A DNA stretch of 64,000 nucleotides from a bacterium (GTDB lineage Bacteria > Bacteroidota > Ignavibacteria > UBA10030): positions 1 through 64,000 of the forward strand of contig JAZDJN010000065.1 of assembly GCA_043803945.1 (NCBI GenBank). Direction: 5' to 3'. The position numbers were made by a program, and so were the translations under genes. The notes beneath the pieces are model-generated. The model was not told the DNA's origin. It was given only the letters and a program-made list of their open reading frames with translations, and did no database searches. Positions 50,362 through 60,225 of the stretch are shown in pieces (positions within the stretch are counted from its first letter, which is position 1; the number at the start of each line of letters is the position of its first letter).

Positions 50362-50757
50362 ATGGAATATTTACATCAAGATTTGACTGAATGTATTATC
50401 AAATGCTTTTATGAAGTCTATAACCAGCTTGGATATGGATTTCTTGAAAAAGTCTATGAACATGCACTTATGATCGAACTGGCAAAGAACGGATTGCCGG
50501 CAAAGAACCAGCAACCTGTAAAAGTATACTACAAAAGCGAATTAGTCGGTGATTATTATGCTGACATCATTATCGATGAAAAGGTTATCCTTGAATTAAA
50601 AGCTGCCGAGGCAGTAATTGAAGAGCATGAATGTCAGTTGATAAATTATTTGAAAGCGACAAACATCGAGATAGGGCTCTTGTTGAATTTTGGTAAGAAA
50701 CCTGAAATCAGAAGAAAAATATTTACAAATGACAGAAAGGAAATAGAACACAGATAA
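50362..50757 (+). CDS. GxxExxY protein (PD-(D/E)XK-like)
   Basis: LGYGFLEKVYE, ADII, ILELKA, QLINYL and GLLLNFG motifs. Confidence 0.92.
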   Translation: MEYLHQDLTECIIKCFYEVYNQLGYGFLEKVYEHALMIELAKNGLPAKNQQPVKVYYKSELVGDYYADIIIDEKVILELKAAEAVIEEHECQLINYLKATNIEIGLLLNFGKKPEIRRKIFTNDRKEIEHR

Positions 50758-50828
50758 TACAGAAAGAACAAGATGATCACAGATAAATATATCTGTGAAT
50801 ATCTGTCCAATCAGTGTCATCAGTGTTC
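50746..50828. repeat. Sixth hairpin unit, overlapping the GxxExxY stop codon
   Basis: GAACACAGATAATAC...GTGTCATCAGTGTTC. Confidence 0.85.
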
Positions 50829-50973
50829 CATAAAAATGAAACCGTGACGTACTGTCACGCTTTGAAGATGTGTCGATGCCAAATATAAATTAAAAGGTTG
50901 GGTACAATTTGTATCTACCCTTGCTGTCGATATATCAGGCATTAGGTAGAATATGAGAAAGAATAATTAGTCT

Positions 50974-53655
50974 ATGAACAGAATCGCTAATCAGATCAAG
51001 AATCGTCTCAGCTTGCGTCCACCGCAATCCGATAGCCTCGATATCCTTTCAATCCTTTCAGACAAGCTTGAATTGAAAAATGGAGCCGAGCAAACAGCAG
51101 AACTTGCCAAAGTGAAAGCCCTTCATTCAACCTGCTCAGACTTTGAGCGCAATTTTCCATCAATGTGCTTTGCACTGGCAACCGGTGTCGGTAAAACACG
51201 GCTGATGGGAGCATTTGTGGCTTATCTGTATCTCGAAAAGGGGATAAAAAACTTCTTTGTCCTGGCTCCAAATCTTACCATATACAGAAAACTCATCGAG
51301 GACTTCGAAAACGCATCGAATCCAAAATATGTATTTCAGGGAATCGGCGAATTTGTCCATGCTCGTCCACGAATCGTCACCGGCGATACCTACGATGCGA
51401 TCTCACAAACCGCGCTGTTTGAATCGGATATCCATATCAATGTCTTCAATATTTCCAAAATCAACTCCGAGACACGCGGCGGAAAGCTTCCACGCATCAA
51501 GCGGCTTGTGGAATATCTTGGCGAGTCGTATTTCAATTACCTTGCAAACCTAAACGACCTGGTGTTGCTCATGGATGAATCGCACCATTATCGGGCAGAA
51601 CGAGGGATGGATGTCATCAACGAATTGAATCCAATTCTCGGATTGGAATTGACGGCAACTCCTCAGATAGAACGAAGCGGTGGAACCACAAAATTTAAGA
51701 ATGTTGTGTATGAGTATTCACTTGCCAAAGCGATACGAGACGGATTTGTAAAAGAACCTGCTGTGGCAACACGAAAAGATTTTGACCCTACACAGTATAA
51801 AGCAGAGGAATTAGACAGAATAAAACTTGAAGATGGAATCCGTATTCACGAGGACACAAAAGTTGCTCTGGATATCTATTCCCGCGATAACAAAACGGAG
51901 AAGGTAAAACCGTTCGTTCTTGTCGTAGCGCAACATACTGAACATGCCGGTAAGTTAATCGAACTTATAAAGTCCTCCTCATTCTTCGAAGGCTATTATG
52001 CAGACAAAGTAATGGAGATTCACTCGAATCAATCGGGAGAAGAAAAAGACGATAATATTGAAAAGCTTGTATCGTTAGAGCATCCAGAGAATAAAATAGA
52101 AATCGTCATCCATGTCAATATGCTCAAAGAGGGCTGGGATGTCACTAACCTCTATACAATCATTCCCCTTCGTACGGCAGCTTCGGTGACATTGAGAGAG
52201 CAGACAATCGGTCGTGGTCTTCGGTTACCATACAGAAAACGAACCGGAGTCGATAAGGTTGATAAACTTACCATCGTTGCTCATGATAAGTTCCAACAGA
52301 TTATCGATGAGGCGAATAAGCCTGATTCGATCATCAAGAAGGAAAATATCATTGTCATAGATACAGAAGAACTTGAACAATCGAAGGAGGTGGTGGTAAG
52401 CGTCTCTCCAATTGAACAAAAAGCTCAGGAGGAACAGAAGCGGATAGAAACCATTGCAGACCCAAAGCAGAAACAAAAAGCTCAAACGGAATTACAGGCC
52501 AGGAACATTATCATCTCCATTCTCCCCGAATTAAACATTGCAGCAAAAAATGTATCTGAACTCACAAAGAGAGAAGTCGTAGAAATAGCATACAAGAAGA
52601 TTGAAGAACGAATTTCATCTGATCCTCAAACAAATATGTTTACTGCTGAGCTTATAGCCGAGGTGAAGCAGCAATATGAAGCAGCGGTTTCTGAGTTTAC
52701 CACGCATATTATTGAAATCCCACGCATCACGATTCAACAATCCACTGAAGTTAAGTCTGGCTTTAGACTATTCGATCTTGATGTAAAGAATTTAAATTAT
52801 CAGCCTGTTTCCGAGGAGATCCTTATCAAGAAATTGAGGGAACAGGAAAACAGCATGGTTACTATAATCGGTAAGGGACGGATTATTCCCGATAAACCGG
52901 ACAATATCATTGTCAACGAACTTATTAATCATCCAGAAGTAGATTATGACAGACAAGCAGACCTGCTCTTCTCATTAGCAGTTCAAGCAATAGCGAAATT
53001 CAAATCATATCTTAAAGATGAAAATGAGCTCATGAATGTCGTTCACTATCACAAGAGAGAAATCAGCGCCTATATCTATGCGCAATTAATGGAGCACTTC
53101 CTTTTCGAGGCTCCATCTTTCGAGCAATCCATCGTAATGCCATTCACAAAGATCGAAGAACAAAACTATTCGAAAAACATAAAAGATGCACTCATTCATT
53201 ATCGCGAAACCGTTACCCCGACAAGTGCAATTCCAACTAAAGTCTTCACCGGATTCCTCAAGGCTTGCCACACGATATATAAATTCGATTCCAAGACGGA
53301 GAAGGATTTTTCAATTATCCTTGAGGACAACAAAGAAGTGTTGAAGTGGCTGAGACCTGCAGGCAATCAATTCCGTATTTACTGGCAGCACAACTCACGG
53401 CATTATCACCCCGACTTTATAGTAGAAACTTCTGATACTATCTATATGGTCGAAACGAAAAAAGAAGGGGATATAGAATCATTTGAGGTTCAGGATAAAG
53501 CGAGAGCTGCGTTAGAGTACTGCAAACATGCTACTGACTACACGGCCAAGAATCTTGGCAAGCCCTGGCAGTATATCCTTATTCCACACGGGGCAGTGCA
53601 GATAAATATGAGCTTCATCTTCTTGGTGAAACAGTATGAGGTGAAATCCAGTTGA
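50974..53655 (+). CDS. res: Type III R-M restriction subunit (DEAD-like helicase + nuclease)
   Basis: ATGVGKT, MDESHH, LTATP, LKEGWD, QTIGRGLR and YHPDF..(13)..VETK motifs. Confidence 0.9.
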   Translation: MNRIANQIKNRLSLRPPQSDSLDILSILSDKLELKNGAEQTAELAKVKALHSTCSDFERNFPSMCFALATGVGKTRLMGAFVAYLYLEKGIKNFFVLAPNLTIYRKLIEDFENASNPKYVFQGIGEFVHARPRIVTGDTYDAISQTALFESDIHINVFNISKINSETRGGKLPRIKRLVEYLGESYFNYLANLNDLVLLMDESHHYRAERGMDVINELNPILGLELTATPQIERSGGTTKFKNVVYEYSLAKAIRDGFVKEPAVATRKDFDPTQYKAEELDRIKLEDGIRIHEDTKVALDIYSRDNKTEKVKPFVLVVAQHTEHAGKLIELIKSSSFFEGYYADKVMEIHSNQSGEEKDDNIEKLVSLEHPENKIEIVIHVNMLKEGWDVTNLYTIIPLRTAASVTLREQTIGRGLRLPYRKRTGVDKVDKLTIVAHDKFQQIIDEANKPDSIIKKENIIVIDTEELEQSKEVVVSVSPIEQKAQEEQKRIETIADPKQKQKAQTELQARNIIISILPELNIAAKNVSELTKREVVEIAYKKIEERISSDPQTNMFTAELIAEVKQQYEAAVSEFTTHIIEIPRITIQQSTEVKSGFRLFDLDVKNLNYQPVSEEILIKKLREQENSMVTIIGKGRIIPDKPDNIIVNELINHPEVDYDRQADLLFSLAVQAIAKFKSYLKDENELMNVVHYHKREISAYIYAQLMEHFLFEAPSFEQSIVMPFTKIEEQNYSKNIKDALIHYRETVTPTSAIPTKVFTGFLKACHTIYKFDSKTEKDFSIILEDNKEVLKWLRPAGNQFRIYWQHNSRHYHPDFIVETSDTIYMVETKKEGDIESFEVQDKARAALEYCKHATDYTAKNLGKPWQYILIPHGAVQINMSFIFLVKQYEVKSS

Positions 53656-53735
53656 GTGATAAGGAATGCACTCTCTATTTCCTTTGGGCTTCGATGCCAT
53701 TCAATACGGTGCAATTTATTCTCAATTTGCAAGGA

Positions 53736-53764
53736 TTGACTCTCCATCGACTTTTCTTTATGAT
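53736..53764 (+). promoter_or_regulatory. Sigma70-like promoter of mazG
   Basis: TTGACT-17 nt-TATGAT. Confidence 0.55.
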
Positions 53765-53788
53765 ACTCTAAGCAAAAAGGAGAACCGT

Positions 53789-54637
53789 GTGAAGAAGAAA
53801 TCGATAGCGAAGTTGTTTGGCGATTATGTCGCTATAGTTCAGAGACTGCGAAAGGAGTGCCCCTGGGATAGTGCCCAAACCCACAAATCGATCCGGCACA
53901 GCCTGATTGAAGAAGCTTACGAAGTAGTCGAGTCGATTGACCATGATGATCTCGAATCTCTCAAACATGAATTGGGAGACCTGCTGCTCCATGTGGTACT
54001 TCACTCCATTATGGCTCAGGAGACTTCTTCGTTTTCCATCGACGACGTCATGAGCGATTCGATGAAGAAACTCATCCGACGGCACCCCCATGTATTTGGA
54101 GAAAAGAAAGTGCACTCGGCGGAAGAAGTCAGGGTGAATTGGGAAAAAATTAAAATGACCGAGGGGAGAACATCGATCCTCCAGGGAGTTCCGCAGAAGC
54201 TCCCTGCTCTGCTCCGTGCTCAACGATTACAGGAAAAAGCCGCAAAGGTGGGATTCGATTGGAAAAAGAAAGAGCAAGTTTGGAAGAAAGTGAGAGAGGA
54301 GATTCGGGAACTCCATCATGCCGACCGCACCACGCACCATGATCATATCGAAGAAGAAATGGGCGACCTCTTGTTCGCTCTCGTCAACTACTCCCGGTTC
54401 CTCCACGTTAATGCCGAGATTGCACTCCGGAAGTCGATCAAGAAATTCCAACATCGTTTTGCCGCTATAGAACAGGAATTGGAGACGCGGGGGAAAAAGC
54501 TCCACGACTCAAGCCTGGAAGAGATGGATTCGATTTGGAATCATCACAAACGGTTGGAAAAAGAGCAATCCAAAAGAATAATGAGAAAGCCGAAGAAGAG
54601 GCTGAGGCTTTCGAAAGCCCCTGGGGCTGTCCAATAA
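53789..54637 (+). CDS. mazG: Nucleoside triphosphate pyrophosphohydrolase (tandem MazG)
   Basis: CPWD..QT, EEAYE, ELGDLL, RRHPHVF and EEEMGDLLF motifs; GTG start with AGGAG RBS. Confidence 0.92.
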   Translation: MKKKSIAKLFGDYVAIVQRLRKECPWDSAQTHKSIRHSLIEEAYEVVESIDHDDLESLKHELGDLLLHVVLHSIMAQETSSFSIDDVMSDSMKKLIRRHPHVFGEKKVHSAEEVRVNWEKIKMTEGRTSILQGVPQKLPALLRAQRLQEKAAKVGFDWKKKEQVWKKVREEIRELHHADRTTHHDHIEEEMGDLLFALVNYSRFLHVNAEIALRKSIKKFQHRFAAIEQELETRGKKLHDSSLEEMDSIWNHHKRLEKEQSKRIMRKPKKRLRLSKAPGAVQ

Positions 54638-54765
54638 GTTTTTATCGGATGTATTTCAAGCTTCGAATTCACGCATTACGATAAATTTTCGCAAACTCAA
54701 TGTGGACGAGTTGGCAACTTGTCCTACATTTTGGACAGCCCCAGAATTACCCAATCACCCCACGA

Positions 54766-55749
54766 TCATTTTTTGGCGTTATCGCCCGTCGCTTCGAACT
54801 TTTCGTAAGCGGCTATAATTTCTCTCACCAGCGGGTGCCGGACAACATCGCGCTGATCGAGATACGCAAATCCTACTCCCCTGATCTTTTGAAGAATTTT
54901 CTGGATCTGGACGAGTCCGGAGACAGTTTTCTGCGGCAGGTCAATTTGTGTGATATCTCCTGTAATAATCGCGCGTGAATGGGACCCAAGACGAGTCAAA
55001 AACATTTTCATCTGCATTGCCGTCGCATTTTGTGCTTCATCGAGAATAACAAATGCATTATGGAGTGTTCGACCGCGCATATACGCCAGGGGGACAATTT
55101 CGATGATCCGTTTCTCCATGTAACTCTTGAGCTTCTCAGCGGAGAGCATATCATCGAGAGCATCATACAGCGGCCGGAGATAGGGATCTACCTTCTCCCG
55201 TAAATCTCCAGGGAGGAAGCCAAGGCTTTCTCCCGCTTCTACAGCAGGACGGCAGAGGACGATCTTGGTGACATCACGATTCTTCAATGCAGCTACCGCC
55301 ACAGCGACGGCAAGGTAGGTCTTTCCTGTGCCTGCCGGACCGATCGAAAAAACGATATCATTTTTACTGATTTGCTGAATGTAGGAACGCTGACCGGGTG
55401 TGCGCGCTTTGATGATTCCGATTTTGGTATAGAGAATGGCGTAATCTCCATCATCTCCCTGCTGGTCTCTTGGAATTTCCGGAGAGGAGCCATTCACAGA
55501 AACAAGATCGATGACGGTTTCCACATCATTGGGGGTCAGGTTGCCATTCTTGTTCAGAATGTAGATGAGTTCTTTGAAAATCTTTTCGATTCGAGATGTC
55601 TCGTCATCCGAACCCCGGATGGTTATGAGATCACCTCGCACGGTAATTGTCGAATCGAATCGTTCCTCGATGAGAAGAAGATGTGCATCATTAAAACCCA
55701 GCAGTTGAACTGTATCAACTCCTGCGAGTTGCACCTTCCGTTCACTCAA
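54766..55749 (-). CDS. PhoH-family protein (YbeZ-like)
   Basis: GPAGTGKT, RPAVEAGE.LGFLPG, YMRGRT and DEAQN motifs. Confidence 0.92.
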   Translation of the reverse strand: MSERKVQLAGVDTVQLLGFNDAHLLLIEERFDSTITVRGDLITIRGSDDETSRIEKIFKELIYILNKNGNLTPNDVETVIDLVSVNGSSPEIPRDQQGDDGDYAILYTKIGIIKARTPGQRSYIQQISKNDIVFSIGPAGTGKTYLAVAVAVAALKNRDVTKIVLCRPAVEAGESLGFLPGDLREKVDPYLRPLYDALDDMLSAEKLKSYMEKRIIEIVPLAYMRGRTLHNAFVILDEAQNATAMQMKMFLTRLGSHSRAIITGDITQIDLPQKTVSGLVQIQKILQKIRGVGFAYLDQRDVVRHPLVREIIAAYEKFEATGDNAKK

Positions 55750-55789
55750 TGCCCGGTACCTCCTTTCTGAACTGGTGATAAAAAGACAA

Positions 55790-55824
55790 CGCCCTCACAA
55801 ACGCACAGAAGTGCAGTGAGGGCG
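55790..55824 (-). terminator. Terminator-like hairpin after the LysM gene
   Basis: CGCCCTCAC/GTGAGGGCG stem followed by TTGTCTTTTT on the minus strand. Confidence 0.55.
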
Positions 55825-55877
55825 AGTGGATACTACAACCAATGTAACCAAGTTTGAACCGTTTGAGAAAATCCTCG

Positions 55878-56654
55878 CTACTTTTTGACAGCCGGCGGAG
55901 CAGATGGTGCTGCGGCAGCTTGTTTCTTGTTCCAATAACTCCGTGCAGCCGATTTCTCTTCTTTGGTCAATTCTGCTTTGACAGGGATCTTTAAGACCTG
56001 CCCCTTTTTAATGACATCAGGATTCTTAATCTTGTCTCTGTTTCCGACCCAAATCTTGGGCCAGAGGAATGCGTTGTCATAAATCTTCGGCTTTTTTGCA
56101 ATGTTCCAGAGGCAATCTCGGTCTTTCGCCCATGTGCCGACGGTATAGGTAACTTCTGGGTTGAATCCCTCGAGTGATTTCTTCAGCGCATCGAGCCGGT
56201 TTTGCTGTTCTTTAACACGGTCGAAGTATTTCGGTAGTGCGGCAAGTTTATTCTTTTTCGCTTCATCAAGCATCTTTTGAACATCGTCTAATTCAGCTTT
56301 GCGAGCCCAGAGATCCTGGTTCGCTAAACGTGAGAGTTCATTGATTTTTGAATCAATTTGATCCAACATCGACTGGAATGCGCGCTCGGTTTCGGAAGTT
56401 TGGCCAACCATGGAAGACAAATCATCCAGGCATTTCTTCAATACACTGGCCTTTTCGGTATCTTCCTTCTTCAAGAGGTCAATTTCTTTCAATAACGCGT
56501 CGAGCTGGTTTTTAAGATCGTTTCGTTTTACTGTCAATTCGGTGATCTGCTTTTGCCACTCCTCTTTCGTCATTTCCTGAGCTGCGGCGCCAGCGATGAA
56601 CACCGCAACCAGCAATACAATTGCTGCATATCGGCATACTGATTTCATGTTCAT
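55878..56654 (-). CDS. Secreted coiled-coil LysM peptidoglycan-binding protein
   Basis: Signal peptide, long coiled coil, YTV......DCLWNIA...W.KIW..N...I.NPD.I..GQ.L.IP. Confidence 0.85.
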   Translation of the reverse strand: MNMKSVCRYAAIVLLVAVFIAGAAAQEMTKEEWQKQITELTVKRNDLKNQLDALLKEIDLLKKEDTEKASVLKKCLDDLSSMVGQTSETERAFQSMLDQIDSKINELSRLANQDLWARKAELDDVQKMLDEAKKNKLAALPKYFDRVKEQQNRLDALKKSLEGFNPEVTYTVGTWAKDRDCLWNIAKKPKIYDNAFLWPKIWVGNRDKIKNPDVIKKGQVLKIPVKAELTKEEKSAARSYWNKKQAAAAPSAPPAVKK

Positions 56655-56679
56655 ATCTCCTTTTTCCTTGGTCTGCAGA

Positions 56680-56940
56680 CTACATGCCTTTGAGGCGCTC
56701 ACCAACGAGCGCTTTTTCTTTTTCACATTGAGCGAGCTTTGTATTCTTTTCTGCAATCGCCCGCTGCAATGCCGCTTTCTCAGACTGTTTTGCACCTATT
56801 TCGCGTTCTAGTGATGATACTTCGGCTTTTAGGCTTTCTAATTGCTTCAGCTCCTCAGCATTTGGTCTGCTCGTGCAGCCGGCAATTACGGAAGCCATAA
56901 TTGCTCCTGCCACAAAAAGACCAATAGTTGATTTCTTCAT
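56680..56940 (-). CDS. Small coiled-coil lipoprotein
   Basis: Lipobox IAGC followed by about 60 aa of heptad repeats. Confidence 0.7.
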   Translation of the reverse strand: MKKSTIGLFVAGAIMASVIAGCTSRPNAEELKQLESLKAEVSSLEREIGAKQSEKAALQRAIAEKNTKLAQCEKEKALVGERLKGM

Positions 56941-56996
56941 GAGAGCTTCTCCTTTTTGGTCAAGTCAATGCAATGGTTTGTCTACTATTCTGCGCT

Positions 56997-57025
56997 ATGA
57001 TAAGCATTAGAGGTTTGAAAGTCAA
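56997..57025 (-). promoter_or_regulatory. Sigma70-like promoter of the lipoprotein-LysM operon
   Basis: TTGACT-17 nt-TATCAT on the minus strand. Confidence 0.5.
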
Positions 57026-57086
57026 GAGAGTTAAAACTTTTTTAACAAACCTTGTTATAGAAATTAGTGAAAGCCGTTTCACCTAT

Positions 57087-58745
57087 TCAACCCAGGAACT
57101 CCAAGCTGCCTAATCGTTTGGCGACACGCCGCTGGAGAAATATTTCCATTAACATAACGATCAAAGAAAGGAAAAGTACTGTTCCAGAATAGGCAGGGAG
57201 ATTTTCATAGGCGAAAAACGCAATTATCATAAGTCCGACCAGGAGAAAAACGGGGACAATGATCATAAGGCTTACCAGGATCGATGTTCGCTCACCCAGT
57301 TGTCGTGGCACGGAAAACGGTATTTGCGGTTTAAGCATGAAAAAAAGCTGGAGAAAGATCTGACTGAAGAGAAGGAGGACGATGGAATGCATCAGCACCT
57401 GAAGCATCGTATCGAAGAAGAAGCTGAACACAATGGATAAGAAGAGAATGTAAGGGACAATAAATAATCCAAAGAGCAATCGCTTGATCGACAGCACGAG
57501 ACGTACTTTGTCCGACGGCGTTGCAAAGAAAATCCATGATGCAAGATACGATTCCGAACGCGTAACGGCTTCCTTCAACATCATGGGAAACAGGACGATC
57601 ACCATATAGAGGAGTGCAGAATTACCCAGAGATTTCCAATCCGGGTGAAAAGGATTGAACATCGTGTTCGATCCGCGAAGCCCCATAAAAATATAGAGGA
57701 TGGTGATAGGGATAACTGCCAGTATCGCCAGGCGGAATCGCGTATCATGCTTAAATTGATTGATGAGTAAGGATGCGATTGCTCGATCCTCAAAACGTTT
57801 AAAGAAGATGTTGTATTGCTGGGAGCTTTCTCTCTTCACTGATCGCTGCTTCTCTTCCGGCACTGTCAATGCTTCTGAAAGGTTCTCAGCGTACGTGAGT
57901 GAAATACGGGACGCCGCTAATGGGATAAACCCAAAAAAGACAACTAACCCTACGATGCCAACGGCGAGATAGGATCCATGAAAATTACCCTCAGCAAGAG
58001 AAAGCAGTGAACTGTACCAGCTTATCGGAACCAAGAAAATCCACCACGGTTTTTGATGAGGAAGAATTTCGCCGATTCGCTGAATGAGTGATGGAAGCAA
58101 CGAATAGCTCCCGTAAATTGCGAACGACATGACCAACTGCAAATACGAAAGTGCATTTTTAAGTTTACGGTAGTGAACATGCCGCAGGACAAGCGTATAC
58201 ATGAGAATAATGCTCATGGCAGCGCTCACGGCCACTGTCAGTAGACCTGCCATCGCAGCTAGACCCATGACCGGATCCGCGATCAAACTTCCAAATCGAG
58301 CGGCATGCAATGAGAAGGTGACCACGGCAGGCAATCCCATTGCCGCGGTGTAGAGAAGAATATAAAGAATCGCGAAGGATGCCTTTGAGGCAAAGTATGT
58401 CTTGGAAGAGATGGGCTGATAACTAAGAATGGTATAATCTTCCGGTGCCACGATGATCGAACCAAACTCGATGAAGATCAACGAGGCTATCATCACGGCA
58501 ACAATTGAAAAAACGATAAACGATGACCAGAAAAGATCTGGTATCTGTATCACAACGGCCACCTGCATCAATCCCAGGACAAAGTACATCAGCAAGGAAA
58601 AAATGATCGCATGGTTCATATTTTTCCCGCGTGAACCCATACCCCCAACAGCATTCATGCGATTCGCCAAACGAAACGCGGTACGGGTCAGCGATCTCCA
58701 TTGATCATAATCAATACCATAGGCGTTGCAGAGTCGCTGAAGCAT
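57087..58745 (-). CDS. Putative ABC exporter permease
   Basis: About 12-14 TM segments; abuts an ABC ATPase. Confidence 0.65.
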   Translation of the reverse strand: MLQRLCNAYGIDYDQWRSLTRTAFRLANRMNAVGGMGSRGKNMNHAIIFSLLMYFVLGLMQVAVVIQIPDLFWSSFIVFSIVAVMIASLIFIEFGSIIVAPEDYTILSYQPISSKTYFASKASFAILYILLYTAAMGLPAVVTFSLHAARFGSLIADPVMGLAAMAGLLTVAVSAAMSIILMYTLVLRHVHYRKLKNALSYLQLVMSFAIYGSYSLLPSLIQRIGEILPHQKPWWIFLVPISWYSSLLSLAEGNFHGSYLAVGIVGLVVFFGFIPLAASRISLTYAENLSEALTVPEEKQRSVKRESSQQYNIFFKRFEDRAIASLLINQFKHDTRFRLAILAVIPITILYIFMGLRGSNTMFNPFHPDWKSLGNSALLYMVIVLFPMMLKEAVTRSESYLASWIFFATPSDKVRLVLSIKRLLFGLFIVPYILFLSIVFSFFFDTMLQVLMHSIVLLLFSQIFLQLFFMLKPQIPFSVPRQLGERTSILVSLMIIVPVFLLVGLMIIAFFAYENLPAYSGTVLFLSLIVMLMEIFLQRRVAKRLGSLEFLG

Positions 58746-59509
58746 TATGAACCTAACGCCTCCATAAAGTCCTGTGCAGATTCTCGGGCATCCCGTACTC
58801 CGGTTAATTTACTGAATGATTCCTCAAGGGTCGTCTGCCCCGTGGATTGAGCGATCGACGCGGCAGTCCCTTCGATAATGATCGAACCCTGATTGATAAT
58901 GGCAATGCGGGTACATATTTTTTCCACAACATCGAGGATATGTGAGGTGAAGAAGATGGTCTTTTGTTGTTGCGACAGTTTTTTCAGAAGCTCCTTGAAG
59001 ACAAGGGCAGCGTTGGCATCGAGGCCATTCAATGGTTCATCAAGAAATAAGACCAGCGGATTGTGAATGAGTGCCGCTGAGATCAGAATTTTTTGTTTCA
59101 TTCCTTTCGAATACGACTGGATGCGGGCAGAACGATCATCCCAAAGGCCGAACAATGTTAAGAACTCCTCAATCCGCTTCTCAGCCATCTGTCTCTCAAG
59201 ATGATGAAGATCGGCGATAAGCCGGAGGTATTCCCACCCCGTCAATGCTTCAAAGAGTGCACCGGATTCGGGTACATAACCAAATCGTCGTTTCACTTCA
59301 AGCGGATCCTTTACGATATCGAAGCCGGCAACCTTTGCAGATCCACCGGTGGGAAAAATCATTCCGGTTAACATTTTTACTGTCGTCGTTTTCCCGGCTC
59401 CATTAGGACCGAGGAATCCAAAAATTTCTCCCTCCCCTACTGTCATCGACAAATCCCTCACAGCGACCTTGCCATCATAATTCTTTGATAAACGGAGAGT
59501 TTCAATCAT
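58745..59509 (-). CDS. ABC transporter ATP-binding protein
   Basis: GPNGAGKT, YSKGMKQK and LDEP motifs. Confidence 0.92.
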   Translation of the reverse strand: MIETLRLSKNYDGKVAVRDLSMTVGEGEIFGFLGPNGAGKTTTVKMLTGMIFPTGGSAKVAGFDIVKDPLEVKRRFGYVPESGALFEALTGWEYLRLIADLHHLERQMAEKRIEEFLTLFGLWDDRSARIQSYSKGMKQKILISAALIHNPLVLFLDEPLNGLDANAALVFKELLKKLSQQQKTIFFTSHILDVVEKICTRIAIINQGSIIIEGTAASIAQSTGQTTLEESFSKLTGVRDARESAQDFMEALGS

Positions 59510-60225
59510 TACAATAATCCTCGTTCTGCGAAACTTGAATAATGCGCGTCGGCAATGATGATATGATCATGGACCGGTATGCCGAGTATCTTGCCTGCCT
59601 CGACCAGTTGCCGTGTGAGTGAAATATCTTCCCCGCTCGGTTCGGGATTTCCGCTGGGATGATTATGAAAGAAGATCACGCCTGCCGCCTTCTCCTTAAT
59701 GGCATCCACAAAGCATTCACGCGGATGAGCCAGTGAGGAATTGAGTATACCGGTTGTGATACGGATTTCACGGATCAATTGATTCGACGAAGTGAGAAGG
59801 ATAGACCAGAATTCCTCGTGGTGTAAATCGCGCAACCTCGGCCCATAGACCGTAACAACATCCTGAGGCGATCGAAAGACCGGTTTCGAGTCAAGATCGC
59901 TTGAGGGTACTCTCCGCATGAGCTCAAATGCGGCAACGAGTGCGGCAGCCCTCGACTCACCAATATCGTGCACCTTAAAATCTACCACGGACATTTTCGC
60001 CAGATCCCTCAATGTTCGCCCTTCCGAGAGCAATCGCTTTGCAAGATCCACCGCTGTTGTTCCTGCAATACCTGTTCGGATGAGGATAGCCAGCAATTCT
60101 GCCTCTGTTAATGCCGCCGGTCCCTGACTGTAGAGTTTCTCACGGGGCCGGTCTGCCAGCGGCCATTGTTTGATTGTTGAGGAGGCTGCCTTCCTCCGCT
60201 GTTCATTCCCTGGTCGCGATTTCAC
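59509..60225 (-). CDS. radC: RadC-family JAB-domain protein
   Basis: RPREKL, ELLAIL, HPRE, HNHPSG and DHIII motifs. Confidence 0.92.
   Translation of the reverse strand: MKSRPGNEQRRKAASSTIKQWPLADRPREKLYSQGPAALTEAELLAILIRTGIAGTTAVDLAKRLLSEGRTLRDLAKMSVVDFKVHDIGESRAAALVAAFELMRRVPSSDLDSKPVFRSPQDVVTVYGPRLRDLHHEEFWSILLTSSNQLIREIRITTGILNSSLAHPRECFVDAIKEKAAGVIFFHNHPSGNPEPSGEDISLTRQLVEAGKILGIPVHDHIIIADAHYSSFAERGLL

Noticed and set aside
42615-53655. Island integrated at the tRNA-Ala 3' end
   Set aside because: The tRNA is on the minus strand, so the island lies on its 5' side. No integrase or distal tRNA repeat was seen near 53.7 kb.
53789-54637. MazG as part of the defence island
   Set aside because: It is the ordinary tandem-domain housekeeping type with its own promoter.
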